From IMG/VR virus record IMGVR_UViG_2802429242_000004: a DNA stretch of 31,564 nucleotides; one strand, written 5' to 3'. Made by a program: the position numbers and the translations under genes. Positions 8,134 to 18,349 of the stretch are shown one piece after another (positions within the stretch are counted from its first letter, which is position 1; each line of letters starts with the position of its first letter). The stretch comes from a virus. Its lineage: Duplodnaviria; Heunggongvirae; Uroviricota; Caudoviricetes. The notes beneath the pieces are model-generated. The model had not been told where the DNA came from and made no database searches. It saw only the letters and a program-made list of their open reading frames with translations.

Positions 8134-9153
8134 TCATAATGAATAAGTTCGAAAGCGAAATACATCTTCGCCAACCCAACAGTTAATTTCTTTACATCGC
8201 TCTTGGAGGAACGTTAGCTCGTTGCGTACAAAGACTTGTGCTGCTTTTGTTACATCTCCAAATCCTCCTGTGTTGTTGGGCATCATTCCTATCATTTGGG
8301 GAGGCACGCGATGAGCACTCATTAGATCTTCAGCACTTGCTTTTTTGATATTAAAAAAATCGTCCTTCGTTGCCACTTCACTGAGCGGGATAATTTTAAT
8401 GCCGTCGGCTTTCCCCTGCGGGGCATAGAGAAACAGATTTTTAAAGTTATTGCGGCCTTTCGACTTAACCATGTTTTCGCGAAGCATTTCGATATCGTTG
8501 CGATCCTGCACGGCATCGGTGACGTACATGATGTATCCGGCATGTGCGCCATTTTCGTAATACTTGCGGCGGAACAGCGTGGCTGATTCATTCAGCCAGG
8601 CAGAGTTAAGGGCGCTGAGATACTCCGGCAGGCCGTACAGCTCCTGATTAATATCCGGCTCCAGCAGGTGAAACACGGAGCCGGGTGCGAAGGCTGTCGG
8701 CTCGTTGAAGGACGGCACCCACCAGTAAACATCCTCTTCCACACCACGGCGGGTATATTTTGCCGGTGAGGTTTCCAGTCTGATGACCTTACCGGTGGTG
8801 CTGTAGCGCTTTTCCAGAAACGCATTACCGAACACCAGAAAATCCAGCACAAAGCGACTGAAATCCTGCTGGGAAAGCCACGGGTGCGGGATAAACGTTG
8901 AGGCCAGAATATTACGTTTGACGTAAATCGGTGAGCTGTGATGCACGGCAGCACGCAGGCTTTTTGCCAGACCGGTAAAGCTGACCGGTGGCTCATACCA
9001 TCTGCCGTTACTGATGCACTCGACGTAATCCAGAATATCACGGCGGTCGAGTACCGGCACCGGCTCACCAAAGGTGAATGCCTCCATTTTCGGGGCGCTG
9101 GCAGTCATTGTTTTCACCGCTGGCTGCGGTGTTTTCCCTTTTTTCTTACTCAT
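8134..9153 (-). CDS. Q: Portal protein
   Basis: 339-aa ORF, P2 Q position; start overlaps the stop of P by 1 nt. Confidence 0.9.
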   Translation of the reverse strand: MSKKKGKTPQPAVKTMTASAPKMEAFTFGEPVPVLDRRDILDYVECISNGRWYEPPVSFTGLAKSLRAAVHHSSPIYVKRNILASTFIPHPWLSQQDFSRFVLDFLVFGNAFLEKRYSTTGKVIRLETSPAKYTRRGVEEDVYWWVPSFNEPTAFAPGSVFHLLEPDINQELYGLPEYLSALNSAWLNESATLFRRKYYENGAHAGYIMYVTDAVQDRNDIEMLRENMVKSKGRNNFKNLFLYAPQGKADGIKIIPLSEVATKDDFFNIKKASAEDLMSAHRVPPQMIGMMPNNTGGFGDVTKAAQVFVRNELTFLQERCKEINCWVGEDVFRFRTYSL

Positions 9154-10925
9154 CAGTAAAACTCCAGAATGGTGGATGTCAGCGGAGTGCTGATACCGGC
9201 GGTGAGTGGCTCATTTAACAGGGCGTGCATGGTCGCCCAGGCGAGGTCGGCGTGGCTGGCTTCCTCGCTGCGGCTGGCCTCATAGGTGGCGCTGCGTCCG
9301 CTGCTGGTCATGGTCTTGCGGATAGCCATGAACGAGCTGGTGATGTCGGTGGCGCTGACGTCATATTCCAGACAGCCACGGCGGATAACGTCTTTTGCCT
9401 TGAGCACCATTGCAGTTTTCATTTCCGGCGTGTAGCGGATATCGCGCGCGGCGGGATAGAACGAGCGCACGAGCTGGAACACGCCGACACCGAGGCCGGT
9501 GGCATCAATCCCGATGTATTCAACGTTATATTTTTCGGTGAGTTTGCGGATGGATTCCGCCTGGGTGGCAAAGTCCATGCCTTTCCACTGGTGACGCTCA
9601 AGTATTCTGAATTTGCCACCGGCCACCACCGGCGGTGCCAGTACCACGCATCCGGCGCTGTCGCCACGGTGTGACGGGTCGTAACCAATCCATACCGGAC
9701 GTGAGCCGAACGGATTGGTGGCAAACGGCGCATAGTCTTCCCATTCTTCCAGCGTGTCGACCATGCAGCGTTGCAGCTCCTCGAACGGGAACACCGATGC
9801 CTTGTCGTCAACAAATTCACACATGAACAGGTTTTTAAAATCGTCGGCGCTGTTTTCGCGTTTGAGCTGCTCAATGTCGAACAACGTGCAGCCACCTTTC
9901 AGGGCGTCCTCAATGGTGACAATCTGCCGCCACTGGCCGTCCGCACAGAGAAGACCACCGGCAAGGGCGTTATGACTGACGTCGATTTCCACGCGTTCGG
10001 CGGCGCTGGCGCGTCCCCGGTTAAACAGTTCACCCGACCAGAACGGGTAGGCGTCGTGCGCCAGCGTGGACGGGGTGGAGAAATAGGTCGAGCGCAGGTG
10101 ACTCTGTGAGGCCATACCTGATGCCACCTTACGCAGTACCTGAAAATTCGGGATCCAGAAAATCTCGTCGACGTACAGGTCGCCGTTATGGCTCTGCGCG
10201 GTGTTGGAGTTGGTGCCGAGAAAAATCAGTTTTGCGCCGTTATTGCCCAGGACAATCGGGTCACCGGTCAGGTCAACGTCAACCAGCCGGGCAAAGGCGA
10301 TGATGTATTCGCGGAACACATACGCCTGCGTTTTACTGGCCGACAGAAAAATCTGGTTATGGCCGGTTTTCAGGGCGCGCAGCAGCGCCTCGCGGGAAAA
10401 ATAAAACGTCGCGCCAATCTGGCGGGATTTCAGGATATCGCGGATGCGGTGCTCAAGCCCGGCGCGATACCAGTGCAACTGATATTCGAAAGACTGCTCA
10501 AAGAAAATCTGCTCCAGCTTTTCGATGGCCTCGTCACTGAAAAAATTCTTTTTCGGTTTGCGCCGTCCGCCTTTGTTGCGGTTAGCGACGTTCGGATTAA
10601 GGTCTGCCTCGTTGCCGGTCTGACTGTAACGGTTTACCCGTGCCAGTCGTTCAATCTGGCGTCCCAGCAGGTCAATTTCCTTGAAGTCACCGCCGGTTTT
10701 CTGCGGTTTGATGATGAGCTGGGTCAGCCGCGCTTCCAGACTCATTTCGACACGGCTGATGGGGGCAACGCTGTCCCAGCCGTCGCGCTGTTTCCAGCTC
10801 TGCACCGTCGGGCGTTTCATCTGCAACATGGCGGCAATCTGCGGCACGGAAAACCCCTGCCAGTACAGCAGCGCCGCCTGACGACGCGGGTCGTGCAAAA
10901 GAGTGGTGTCTGTGGTGATGGTCAT
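9153..10925 (-). CDS. P: Terminase large (ATPase) subunit
   Basis: 590 aa after trimming the start to MTITTDTTLLHDP (ATG at 10923-10925); P2 P position upstream of Q. Confidence 0.9.
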   Translation of the reverse strand: MTITTDTTLLHDPRRQAALLYWQGFSVPQIAAMLQMKRPTVQSWKQRDGWDSVAPISRVEMSLEARLTQLIIKPQKTGGDFKEIDLLGRQIERLARVNRYSQTGNEADLNPNVANRNKGGRRKPKKNFFSDEAIEKLEQIFFEQSFEYQLHWYRAGLEHRIRDILKSRQIGATFYFSREALLRALKTGHNQIFLSASKTQAYVFREYIIAFARLVDVDLTGDPIVLGNNGAKLIFLGTNSNTAQSHNGDLYVDEIFWIPNFQVLRKVASGMASQSHLRSTYFSTPSTLAHDAYPFWSGELFNRGRASAAERVEIDVSHNALAGGLLCADGQWRQIVTIEDALKGGCTLFDIEQLKRENSADDFKNLFMCEFVDDKASVFPFEELQRCMVDTLEEWEDYAPFATNPFGSRPVWIGYDPSHRGDSAGCVVLAPPVVAGGKFRILERHQWKGMDFATQAESIRKLTEKYNVEYIGIDATGLGVGVFQLVRSFYPAARDIRYTPEMKTAMVLKAKDVIRRGCLEYDVSATDITSSFMAIRKTMTSSGRSATYEASRSEEASHADLAWATMHALLNEPLTAGISTPLTSTILEFY

Positions 10926-11098
10926 GAATACCTCGCCGTGATGAATACACGGCAAGGCTACTGAGTCGCGCCCCGCGATTCGCTAAGGTGCTGTTGTGTC
11001 AGTGATAAGCCATCCGGGACTGATGGCGGAGGATGCGCATCGTCGGGAAACTGATGCCGACATGTGACTCCTCTAATCACTATTCAGGACTCCTGACA
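10926..11098. promoter_or_regulatory. Divergent late promoter region (P2 PP/PO position)
   Basis: Gap between divergent P and O; contains a TGT-N12-CAC element (tgtgactcctctaatcac) resembling Ogr-dependent late promoter dyads. Confidence 0.45.
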
Positions 11099-11953
11099 AT
11101 GGCAAAAAAAGTCTCAAAATTCTTTCGTATCGGCGTTGAGGGTGACACCTGTGACGGGCGTGTCATCAGTGCGCAGGATATTCAGGAAATGGCCGAAACC
11201 TTTGACCCGCGAGTCTATGGTTGCCGCATTAACCTGGAACATCTGCGCGGCATCCTGCCTGACGGTATTTTTAAGCGTTATGGCGATGTGGTCGAACTGA
11301 AGGCCGAAAAGATTGACGATGATTCGGCGCTGAAAGGCAAATGGGCGCTGTTTGCGAAAATCACCCCGACCGATGACCTTATCGCGATGAACAAGGCCGC
11401 GCAGAAGGTCTACACCTCAATGGAAATTCAGCCGAACTTTGCCAACACCGGCAAATGTTATCTGGTGGGGCTGGCCGTCACCGATGACCCGGCAAGCCTC
11501 GGCACGGAATACCTGGAATTCTGCCGCACGGCAAAACACAACCCCCTGAACCGCTTCAAATTAAGCCCTGAAAACCTGATTTCAGTGGCAACGCCTGTTG
11601 AGCTGGAATTTGAAGACCTGCCTGAAACCGTGTTCACCGCCCTGACCGAAAAGGTGAAATCCATTTTTGGCCGCAAACAGGCCAGCGATGACGCCCGTCT
11701 GAATGACGTGCATGAAGCGGTGACCGCTGTTGCTGAACATGTGCAGGAAAAACTGAGCGCCACTGAGCAGCGCCTCGCTGAGATGGAAAACGCCTTTTCC
11801 GCACTTAAGCAGGATGTGACTGACAGGGCGGATGAAACCAGCCAGGCATTCACCCGCCTGAAAAACAGTCTCGACCACACCGAAAGTCTGACCCAGCCGC
11901 GCCGCAGCAAGGCCACCGGCGGTGGCGGTGACGCCCTGATGACGAACTGCTGA
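11099..11953 (+). CDS. O: Capsid scaffolding protein
   Basis: 284 aa after trimming the start to MAKKVSKFFRIG (ATG at 11099). Confidence 0.88.
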   Translation: MAKKVSKFFRIGVEGDTCDGRVISAQDIQEMAETFDPRVYGCRINLEHLRGILPDGIFKRYGDVVELKAEKIDDDSALKGKWALFAKITPTDDLIAMNKAAQKVYTSMEIQPNFANTGKCYLVGLAVTDDPASLGTEYLEFCRTAKHNPLNRFKLSPENLISVATPVELEFEDLPETVFTALTEKVKSIFGRKQASDDARLNDVHEAVTAVAEHVQEKLSATEQRLAEMENAFSALKQDVTDRADETSQAFTRLKNSLDHTESLTQPRRSKATGGGGDALMTNC

Positions 11954-12011
11954 CCGGCGTCAGTCAGTCCGGGAAAACCTTCACGATTAACCCTTAATTT
12001 CAGGAAAAACT

Positions 12012-13085
12012 ATGCGCCAGGAAACCCGCTTTAAATTTAATGCCTACCTGTCCCGTGTTGCCGAACTGAACGGCATCGACGCCGGTGATGTGTCGAAAAA
12101 ATTCACCGTTGAACCGTCGGTCACCCAGACCCTGATGAACACCATGCAGGAGTCCTCTGATTTTCTGACCCGCATCAACATTGTGCCGGTCAGCGAAATG
12201 AAAGGGGAAAAAATTGGTATCGGTGTCACCGGCTCCATCGCCAGCACCACCGACACCGCCGGTGGCACCGAGCGTCAGCCGAAGGACTTCTCGAAGCTGG
12301 CGTCTAACAAGTACGAATGCGACCAGATTAACTTCGATTTTTATATCCGCTACAAAACGCTGGACCTGTGGGCGCGTTATCAGGATTTCCAGCTCCGTAT
12401 CCGTAACGCCATTATCAAACGCCAGTCCCTTGATTTCATCATGGCCGGTTTTAACGGCGTGAAGCGTGCAGAAACCTCTGACCGCAGCAGTAACCCGATG
12501 CTGCAGGATGTGGCGGTCGGCTGGCTGCAGAAATACCGCAATGAAGCCCCGGCGCGCGTGATGAGCAAGGTCACTGACGAGGAAGGTCGCACCACCTCTG
12601 AGGTCATCCGCGTGGGTAAGGGCGGTGATTATGCCAGCCTCGACGCACTGGTGATGGATGCGACCAACAACCTGATTGAGCCGTGGTATCAGGAAGACCC
12701 TGACCTTGTGGTGATTGTGGGGCGTCAGCTACTGGCGGACAAGTATTTCCCCATCGTCAACAAGGAGCAGGACAACAGCGAAATGCTGGCCGCTGACGTC
12801 ATCATCAGCCAGAAACGCATCGGTAACCTGCCGGCGGTACGCGTCCCGTACTTCCCGGCGGATGCGATGCTCATCACGAAGCTGGAAAACCTGTCCATCT
12901 ACTACATGGATGACAGCCATCGCCGCGTGATTGAGGAAAACCCGAAACTCGACCGCGTGGAGAACTACGAGTCAATGAACATTGATTACGTGGTGGAAGA
13001 CTACGCCGCCGGTTGTCTGGTGGAAAAAATTAAGGTCGGTGATTTCTCCACACCGGCTAAGGCGACCGCAGAGCCGGGAGCGTAA
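12012..13085 (+). CDS. N: Major capsid protein
   Basis: 357 aa, same length and position as P2 N. Confidence 0.92.
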   Translation: MRQETRFKFNAYLSRVAELNGIDAGDVSKKFTVEPSVTQTLMNTMQESSDFLTRINIVPVSEMKGEKIGIGVTGSIASTTDTAGGTERQPKDFSKLASNKYECDQINFDFYIRYKTLDLWARYQDFQLRIRNAIIKRQSLDFIMAGFNGVKRAETSDRSSNPMLQDVAVGWLQKYRNEAPARVMSKVTDEEGRTTSEVIRVGKGGDYASLDALVMDATNNLIEPWYQEDPDLVVIVGRQLLADKYFPIVNKEQDNSEMLAADVIISQKRIGNLPAVRVPYFPADAMLITKLENLSIYYMDDSHRRVIEENPKLDRVENYESMNIDYVVEDYAAGCLVEKIKVGDFSTPAKATAEPGA

Positions 13086-13088
13086 CCG

Positions 13089-13832
13089 ATGACGAGTCCC
13101 GCACAGCGCCACATGATGCGGGTCTCGGCAGCGATGACCGCGCAGCGGGAAGCCGCCCCGCTGCGACATGCAACTGTCTATGAGCAGATGCTGGTCAAGC
13201 TGGCCGCAGACCAGCGCACACTGAAAGCGATTTATTCAAAAGAGCTGAAGGCCGCGAAAAAACGCGAACTGCTGCCGTTCTGGTTGCCGTGGGTGAACGG
13301 CGTGCTGGAGCAGGGCAAAGGTGCACAGGATGACATTCTGATGACGGTCATGCTGTGGCGTCTGGATACCGGCGATATTGCCGGTGCGCTGGAGATTGCC
13401 CGTTATGCCCTGAAGTACGGTCTGACCATGCCGGGTAAACACCGCCGCACCCCGCCGTACATGTTCACCGAGGAGGTGGCGCTCGCGGCCATGCGCGCCC
13501 ACGCTGCCGGTGAGTCTGTGGATACCCGCCTGCTGACGGACACCCTTGAACTGACCGCCGCTGCTGATATGCCTGATGAAGTACGCGCAAAGCTGCACAA
13601 AATCACCGGTCTGTTTCTGCGTGACGCTGGTGATGCCGCAGGGGCGCTGGCGCACCTGCAACGCGCGACACAGCTCGACTGTCAGGCAGGCGTCAAAAAA
13701 GAGATTGAACGACTGGAGCGGGAACTGAAACCGAAGCCGGAGCCGCAGCCAAAAGCGGCCACCCGTACCCCGCGTAAGACCCGGAGCGTGACACCGGCAA
13801 AACGTGGACGCCCGAAAAAGAAAGCCAGTTAA
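13089..13832 (+). CDS. M: Terminase small subunit
   Basis: 247 aa, same length and position as P2 M; basic C-terminal tail. Confidence 0.9.
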   Translation: MTSPAQRHMMRVSAAMTAQREAAPLRHATVYEQMLVKLAADQRTLKAIYSKELKAAKKRELLPFWLPWVNGVLEQGKGAQDDILMTVMLWRLDTGDIAGALEIARYALKYGLTMPGKHRRTPPYMFTEEVALAAMRAHAAGESVDTRLLTDTLELTAAADMPDEVRAKLHKITGLFLRDAGDAAGALAHLQRATQLDCQAGVKKEIERLERELKPKPEPQPKAATRTPRKTRSVTPAKRGRPKKKAS

Positions 13833-13931
13833 CAACCGAATGCGCCCCGCGCCAGGGCGGCACGCCGGTCAGTGAGGGTGAATCACCTGACGCTGTACCG
13901 GCGTCCACCGCCCGACTTTTCAGAGGTAGTC

Positions 13932-14441
13932 ATGATGACGCTGATTATTCCGCGAAAGGAGGCTCCCGTGTCCGGTGAGGGTACGGTGGTCATCCCGCAA
14001 CCGGCAGGCGACGAGCCGGTGATTAAAAACACGTTCTTTTTTCCCGATATCGACCCGAAGCGCGTCCGGGAACGTATGCGCCTTGAGCAGACCGTCGCCC
14101 CCGCCCGTCTGCGTGAGGCCATCAAGTCAGGCATGGCGGAGACGAATGCGGAGCTGTACGAGTACCGCGAACAGAAAATTGCCGCCGGTTTTACGCGTCT
14201 GGCGGACGTTCCGGCGGACGACATCGACGGTGAAAGTATCAAAGTTTTTTACTACGAGCGCGCCGTGTGTGCGATGGCGACCGCGTCGCTTTATGAGCGT
14301 TATCGCGGCGTGGATGCCAGTGCGAAAGGCGACAAGAAGGCTGACAGCATTGACAGCACCATTGATGAACTGTGGCGGGATATGCGCTGGGCGGTGGCGC
14401 GTATCCAGGACAAGCCGCGCTGCATCGTGAGTCAAATCTGA
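13932..14441 (+). CDS. L: Head completion protein
   Basis: 169 aa after trimming the start to MMTLIIPRKEAP (ATG at 13932). Confidence 0.85.
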   Translation: MMTLIIPRKEAPVSGEGTVVIPQPAGDEPVIKNTFFFPDIDPKRVRERMRLEQTVAPARLREAIKSGMAETNAELYEYREQKIAAGFTRLADVPADDIDGESIKVFYYERAVCAMATASLYERYRGVDASAKGDKKADSIDSTIDELWRDMRWAVARIQDKPRCIVSQI

Positions 14442-14644
14442 TGAAGACCTTTGCGCTACAGGGCGACACGCTCGACGCCATTTGTGTCCGGTATTACGGG
14501 CGCACTGAGGGCGTGGTTGAGACCGTGCTCGCCGCAAATCCGGGACTGGCTGAACTGGGTGCGGTGCTGCCACACGGCACCGCCGTCGAACTGCCCGACG
14601 TTCAGACCGCGCCCGTGGCTGAAACTGTCAATCTGTGGGAGTAA
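14441..14644 (+). CDS. X: Tail protein X
   Basis: 67 aa starting MKTFALQGDTLDAIC; start overlaps the stop of L by 1 nt. Confidence 0.85.
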   Translation: MKTFALQGDTLDAICVRYYGRTEGVVETVLAANPGLAELGAVLPHGTAVELPDVQTAPVAETVNLWE

Positions 14645-14647
14645 CGC

Positions 14648-14929
14648 ATGACAGCAGAAGAAAAAAGCGTCCTGTCGCTTTTCATGATTGGGGTGCTGAT
14701 TGTTGTCGGCAAGGTGCTTGCCGGTGGTGAACCCATCACCCCGCGTCTGTTTATCGGGCGCATGTTGCTCGGTGGTTTTGTCTCGATGGTTGCCGGTGTT
14801 GTTCTGGTGCAGTTTCCTGACCTGTCACTGCCTGCGGTGTGCGGCATCGGCTCCATGCTGGGTATCGCCGGTTATCAGGTGATTGAGATTGCCATTCAGC
14901 GCCGCTTTAAGGGCAGGGGGAAACCGTAA
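14648..14929 (+). CDS. Y: Holin
   Basis: 93 aa with hydrophobic transmembrane segments and a charged C-terminus; first gene of the lysis cassette. Confidence 0.88.
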   Translation: MTAEEKSVLSLFMIGVLIVVGKVLAGGEPITPRLFIGRMLLGGFVSMVAGVVLVQFPDLSLPAVCGIGSMLGIAGYQVIEIAIQRRFKGRGKP

Positions 14930-15426
14930 TGCCGGTAATTAACACGCATCAGAATATCGCCGCCTTTCTCGACATGCTGGCAGTGTCCGAAGGGACGGCG
15001 AATCATCCGCTGACGAAAAACCGTGGCTATGACGTGATAGTCACCGGACTGGACGGGAAGCCGGAAATCTTCACCGACTACAGTGACCACCCGTTCGCAC
15101 ATGGCCGACCGGCGAAGGTGTTTAACCGTCGCGGTGAAAAATCCACGGCCTCCGGTCGCTATCAGCAGCTTTACCTGTTCTGGCCGCACTACCGCAAACA
15201 GCTTGCCCTGCCGGATTTCAGTCCGTTGTCACAGGACAGGCTCGCCATTCAGTTGATCCGCGAACGCGGTGCACTGGATGACATCCGGGCGGGACGCATT
15301 GAGCGCGCCATTTCACGCTGTCGCAATATCTGGGCGTCCCTGCCTGGTGCCGGTTACGGTCAGCGTGAGCATTCACTGGAAAAACTGGTCACCGTCTGGC
15401 GTACCGCTGGCGGCGTACCGGCCTAA
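14929..15426 (+). CDS. K: Endolysin
   Basis: 165 aa, same length and position as P2 K; start overlaps the stop of Y. Confidence 0.88.
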   Translation: MPVINTHQNIAAFLDMLAVSEGTANHPLTKNRGYDVIVTGLDGKPEIFTDYSDHPFAHGRPAKVFNRRGEKSTASGRYQQLYLFWPHYRKQLALPDFSPLSQDRLAIQLIRERGALDDIRAGRIERAISRCRNIWASLPGAGYGQREHSLEKLVTVWRTAGGVPA

Positions 15427-15440
15427 ACGGAGTAAACACC

Positions 15441-15866
15441 ATGAAGAAATTATCCCTTTCACTGATGCTGAACGTGTCGCTGGCGCTGATGCTGGCACTG
15501 TCCCTGATTTACCCGCAGAGCGTGGCCGTCAGTTTTGTCGCCGCCTGGGCGATTCTGGCGACGGTTATCTGTGTGGTTGCCGGCGGTGTCGGCGTGTATG
15601 CCACTGAGTATGTGCTGGAACGCTACGGGCGGGAGCTGCCGCCGGAATCGCTGGCCGTGAAGATTGTCACGTCGCTGTTTTTACAGCCGGTGCCGTGGCG
15701 CAGACGGGCGGCGGCTCTGGTGGTGATGGTGGTGACGTTTATCTCGCTGGTCGCTGCCGGGTGGATTTTTACCGCGCTGATTTATCTTGTGGCGTCGCTG
15801 TTTTTCCGGCTGATACGTAAAGCCTGTCGTCAGCGTCTTGAGGGGCGGGAATTATGTCAAAGCTGA
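15441..15866 (+). CDS. lysA: Lysis regulator LysA (membrane protein)
   Basis: 141 aa, several hydrophobic helices, downstream of K. Confidence 0.8.
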   Translation: MKKLSLSLMLNVSLALMLALSLIYPQSVAVSFVAAWAILATVICVVAGGVGVYATEYVLERYGRELPPESLAVKIVTSLFLQPVPWRRRAAALVVMVVTFISLVAAGWIFTALIYLVASLFFRLIRKACRQRLEGRELCQS

Positions 15867-16279
15867 TGATTGTGCTGGTCGTGTTGTTATCGCTGGCGGT
15901 GGCGGGGCTGTATCTGGTGAAACACAAAAATGCCAGCCTGCGCGCCTCGCTGGACAGGGTGAACAACGTCGCCAGTGAACAGCAGACGACCATCACCATG
16001 CTGAAAAATCAGCTTCATGTTGCCCTCACCAGGGCAGACAAAAACGAGCTGGCGCAGGTGGCACTGCGTCAGGAACTGGAGAACGCCGCGAAGCGTGAAG
16101 CACAGCGCGAGAAAGCCATCACGAGGTTACTCAATGAAAACGAAGATTTTCGCCGCTGGTACGGTGCTGACCTGCCTGATGCTGTGCGCCGGTTGCACCA
16201 GCGCCCGGCCTGCACCGACGCCAGTGATTGTCGCCAACGCCTGCCCGAAAGTGAGCCTTTGCCCGATGCCGGGCAGTGA
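15854..16279 (+). CDS. lysB: LysB, Rz-like inner-membrane spanin
   Basis: 141 aa with N-terminal TM helix and coiled-coil-like body. Confidence 0.8.
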   Translation: MSKLMIVLVVLLSLAVAGLYLVKHKNASLRASLDRVNNVASEQQTTITMLKNQLHVALTRADKNELAQVALRQELENAAKREAQREKAITRLLNENEDFRRWYGADLPDAVRRLHQRPACTDASDCRQRLPESEPLPDAGQ

Positions 16280-16424
16280 CCCGCAGACGAACGGCGATTT
16301 AAGTGCTGATATCCGGCAGCTTGAGAACGCGCTGGCACGCTGTGCCAGCCAGGTAAAAATGATTAAACACTGTCAGGACGAAAACGATGCTCAAACCCGA
16401 CAGCCTGCGCAGGGCGCTGACTGA
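16134..16424 (+). CDS. lysC: LysC, Rz1-like outer-membrane lipoprotein spanin (embedded in lysB in another frame)
   Basis: Start at the internal ATG giving MKTKIFAAGTVLTCLMLCAGC with lipobox LCAGC; proline-rich mature region; overlaps the 3' half of lysB. Confidence 0.75.
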   Translation: MKTKIFAAGTVLTCLMLCAGCTSARPAPTPVIVANACPKVSLCPMPGSDPQTNGDLSADIRQLENALARCASQVKMIKHCQDENDAQTRQPAQGAD

Positions 16425-16854
16425 TGCCGTCACGGTGCTGAAAACAAGCCCCGAGATGCTGCGGATATTCGTGGATAACGGGAGTATTGCCTCCACACTG
16501 GCTGCGTCGCTGTCATTCGAAAAGCGTTACACGCTCAATGTCATTGTGACCGACTTTACCGGTGATTTTGACCTGCTCATCGTGCCGGTGCTGGCGTGGC
16601 TGCGGGAAAATCAGCCCGACATCATGACCACCGACGAAGGCCAGAAAAAGGGCTTCACGTTTTATGCAGACATCAACAATGACAGCAGTTTTGATATCAG
16701 CATCAGCCTGATGCTGACCGAGCGCACGCTGGTCAGTGAGGTGGACGGCGCACTGCATGTGAAGAATATCCCGGAACCCACGCCGCCGGAGCCCGTCACC
16801 CGCCCGGTGGAGCTTTATATCAATGGCGAACTGGTGAGCAAGTGGGATGAATGA
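16387..16854 (+). CDS. R: Tail completion protein R
   Basis: 155 aa, same length and position as P2 R. Confidence 0.85.
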   Translation: MLKPDSLRRALTDAVTVLKTSPEMLRIFVDNGSIASTLAASLSFEKRYTLNVIVTDFTGDFDLLIVPVLAWLRENQPDIMTTDEGQKKGFTFYADINNDSSFDISISLMLTERTLVSEVDGALHVKNIPEPTPPEPVTRPVELYINGELVSKWDE

Positions 16855-17299
16855 GTTTAAGCGTTTTGAAGACCGGCTGACCGGACTGACTGAATCGCTG
16901 TCACCGTCAGGGCGTCGGCGACTGAGTGCCGAACTGGCGAAGCGCCTGCGGCAGAGTCAGCAGCGTCGGGTGATGGCACAGAAAGCCCCGGACGGCACAC
17001 CCTACGTGCCACGCCAGCAGCAGAGCGCCAGAAAAAAGACCGGTCGTGTTAAGCGAAAAATGTTTGCGAAACTTATCACCAGTCGTTTTTTGCATATCCG
17101 CGCCAGCCCGGAACAGGCATCAATGGAGTTTTACGGCGGGAAGTCACCGAAAATCGCCAGCGTGCATCAGTTCGGTCTGTCGGAAGAAACCCGGAAAGAC
17201 GGTAAGAAAATTGATTATCCGGCGCGTCCTCTGCTCGGCTTTACCGGTGAGGATGTGCAGATGATTGAAGAGATTATTCTGGCTCACCTCGACCGTTAG
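16847..17299 (+). CDS. S: Tail completion protein S
   Basis: 150 aa, same length and position as P2 S. Confidence 0.85.
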   Translation: MNEFKRFEDRLTGLTESLSPSGRRRLSAELAKRLRQSQQRRVMAQKAPDGTPYVPRQQQSARKKTGRVKRKMFAKLITSRFLHIRASPEQASMEFYGGKSPKIASVHQFGLSEETRKDGKKIDYPARPLLGFTGEDVQMIEEIILAHLDR

Positions 17300-17365
17300 T
17301 TGTGCCATTCCTGACACCTCATCGTCACATTGCCGCCGGTATGACCCGGCGGCATCCTTCCCGTT

Positions 17366-18001
17366 ATGAACACTCTCGCAAATATTCAGGAACTCGCGCG
17401 CGCACTGCGCAACATGATTCGCACCGGCCTTGTCGTCGAAACCGACCTTAACGCCGGTCGCTGCCGTGTGCAGACCGGCGGCATGTGCACCGACTGGCTT
17501 CAGTGGCTGACCCATCGCGCAGGACGTTCGCGCACGTGGTGGGCACCTTCCGTGGGGGAACAGGTGCTGATTCTGGCCGTGGGCGGTGAACTCGACACGG
17601 CGTTCGTTCTGCCGGGGATTTATTCCGGCGATAACCCCGCGCCGTCTGCGTCGGCGGATGCCCTGCATATCCGTTTCCCTGACGGGGCGGTGATTGAGTA
17701 TGAACCTGAAACCAGTGCACTCACGGTAAGCGGAATTAAAACGGCCAGCGTGACGGCTTCTGATTCTGTTACTGCCACGGTGCCCGTGGTCACGGTGAAA
17801 GCATCAACCCGTGTCACTCTGGACACGCCGGAGGTGGTCTGCACAAACAGGCTGATTACCGGCACGCTGGAAGTGCAGAAGGGCGGGACGATGCGCGGCA
17901 ACATTGAACACACCGGCGGTGAACTCTCATCAAACGGTAAGGTACTGCATACCCATAAACACCCCGGCGACAGCGGCGGCACAACCGGGAGTCCTCTATG
18001 A
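17366..18001 (+). CDS. V: Baseplate spike protein V
   Basis: 211 aa, same length and position as P2 V. Confidence 0.88.
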   Translation: MNTLANIQELARALRNMIRTGLVVETDLNAGRCRVQTGGMCTDWLQWLTHRAGRSRTWWAPSVGEQVLILAVGGELDTAFVLPGIYSGDNPAPSASADALHIRFPDGAVIEYEPETSALTVSGIKTASVTASDSVTATVPVVTVKASTRVTLDTPEVVCTNRLITGTLEVQKGGTMRGNIEHTGGELSSNGKVLHTHKHPGDSGGTTGSPL

Positions 18002-18345
18002 CAGCGCGTTATCTCGGAATGAATCGCAGTGATGGCCTGACTGTCACTGACCTTGAGCATATCAGCCAGAGTATCGGCGATATCCTGCGCACACCGGTCG
18101 GCTCACGGGTGATGCGTCGTGATTACGGCTCGTTGCTGGCGTCAATGATTGACCAGCCGCAGACTCCGGCGCTTGAGTTGCAGATTAAGGTCGCCTGTTA
18201 CATGGCGGTGCTGAAATGGGAACCCCGCGTCACCCTGTCATCTGTCACCACGGCGCGCAGCTTTGACGGGCGAATGACAGTTACGTTAACCGGCCAGCAC
18301 AACGACACCGGCCAGCCACTTTCGTTAACCATCCCTGTGAGTTGA
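17998..18345 (+). CDS. W: Baseplate wedge protein W (gp25-like)
   Basis: 115 aa, start overlaps the stop of V. Confidence 0.88.
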   Translation: MTARYLGMNRSDGLTVTDLEHISQSIGDILRTPVGSRVMRRDYGSLLASMIDQPQTPALELQIKVACYMAVLKWEPRVTLSSVTTARSFDGRMTVTLTGQHNDTGQPLSLTIPVS

Positions 18346-18349
18346 AACC

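Noticed and set aside
9225-10964. Several plus-strand ORFs (149, 258, 112 aa) across the terminase region
   Set aside because: Antisense to P, no RBS, Arg/Gly-rich composition typical of shadow frames in GC-rich coding DNA.
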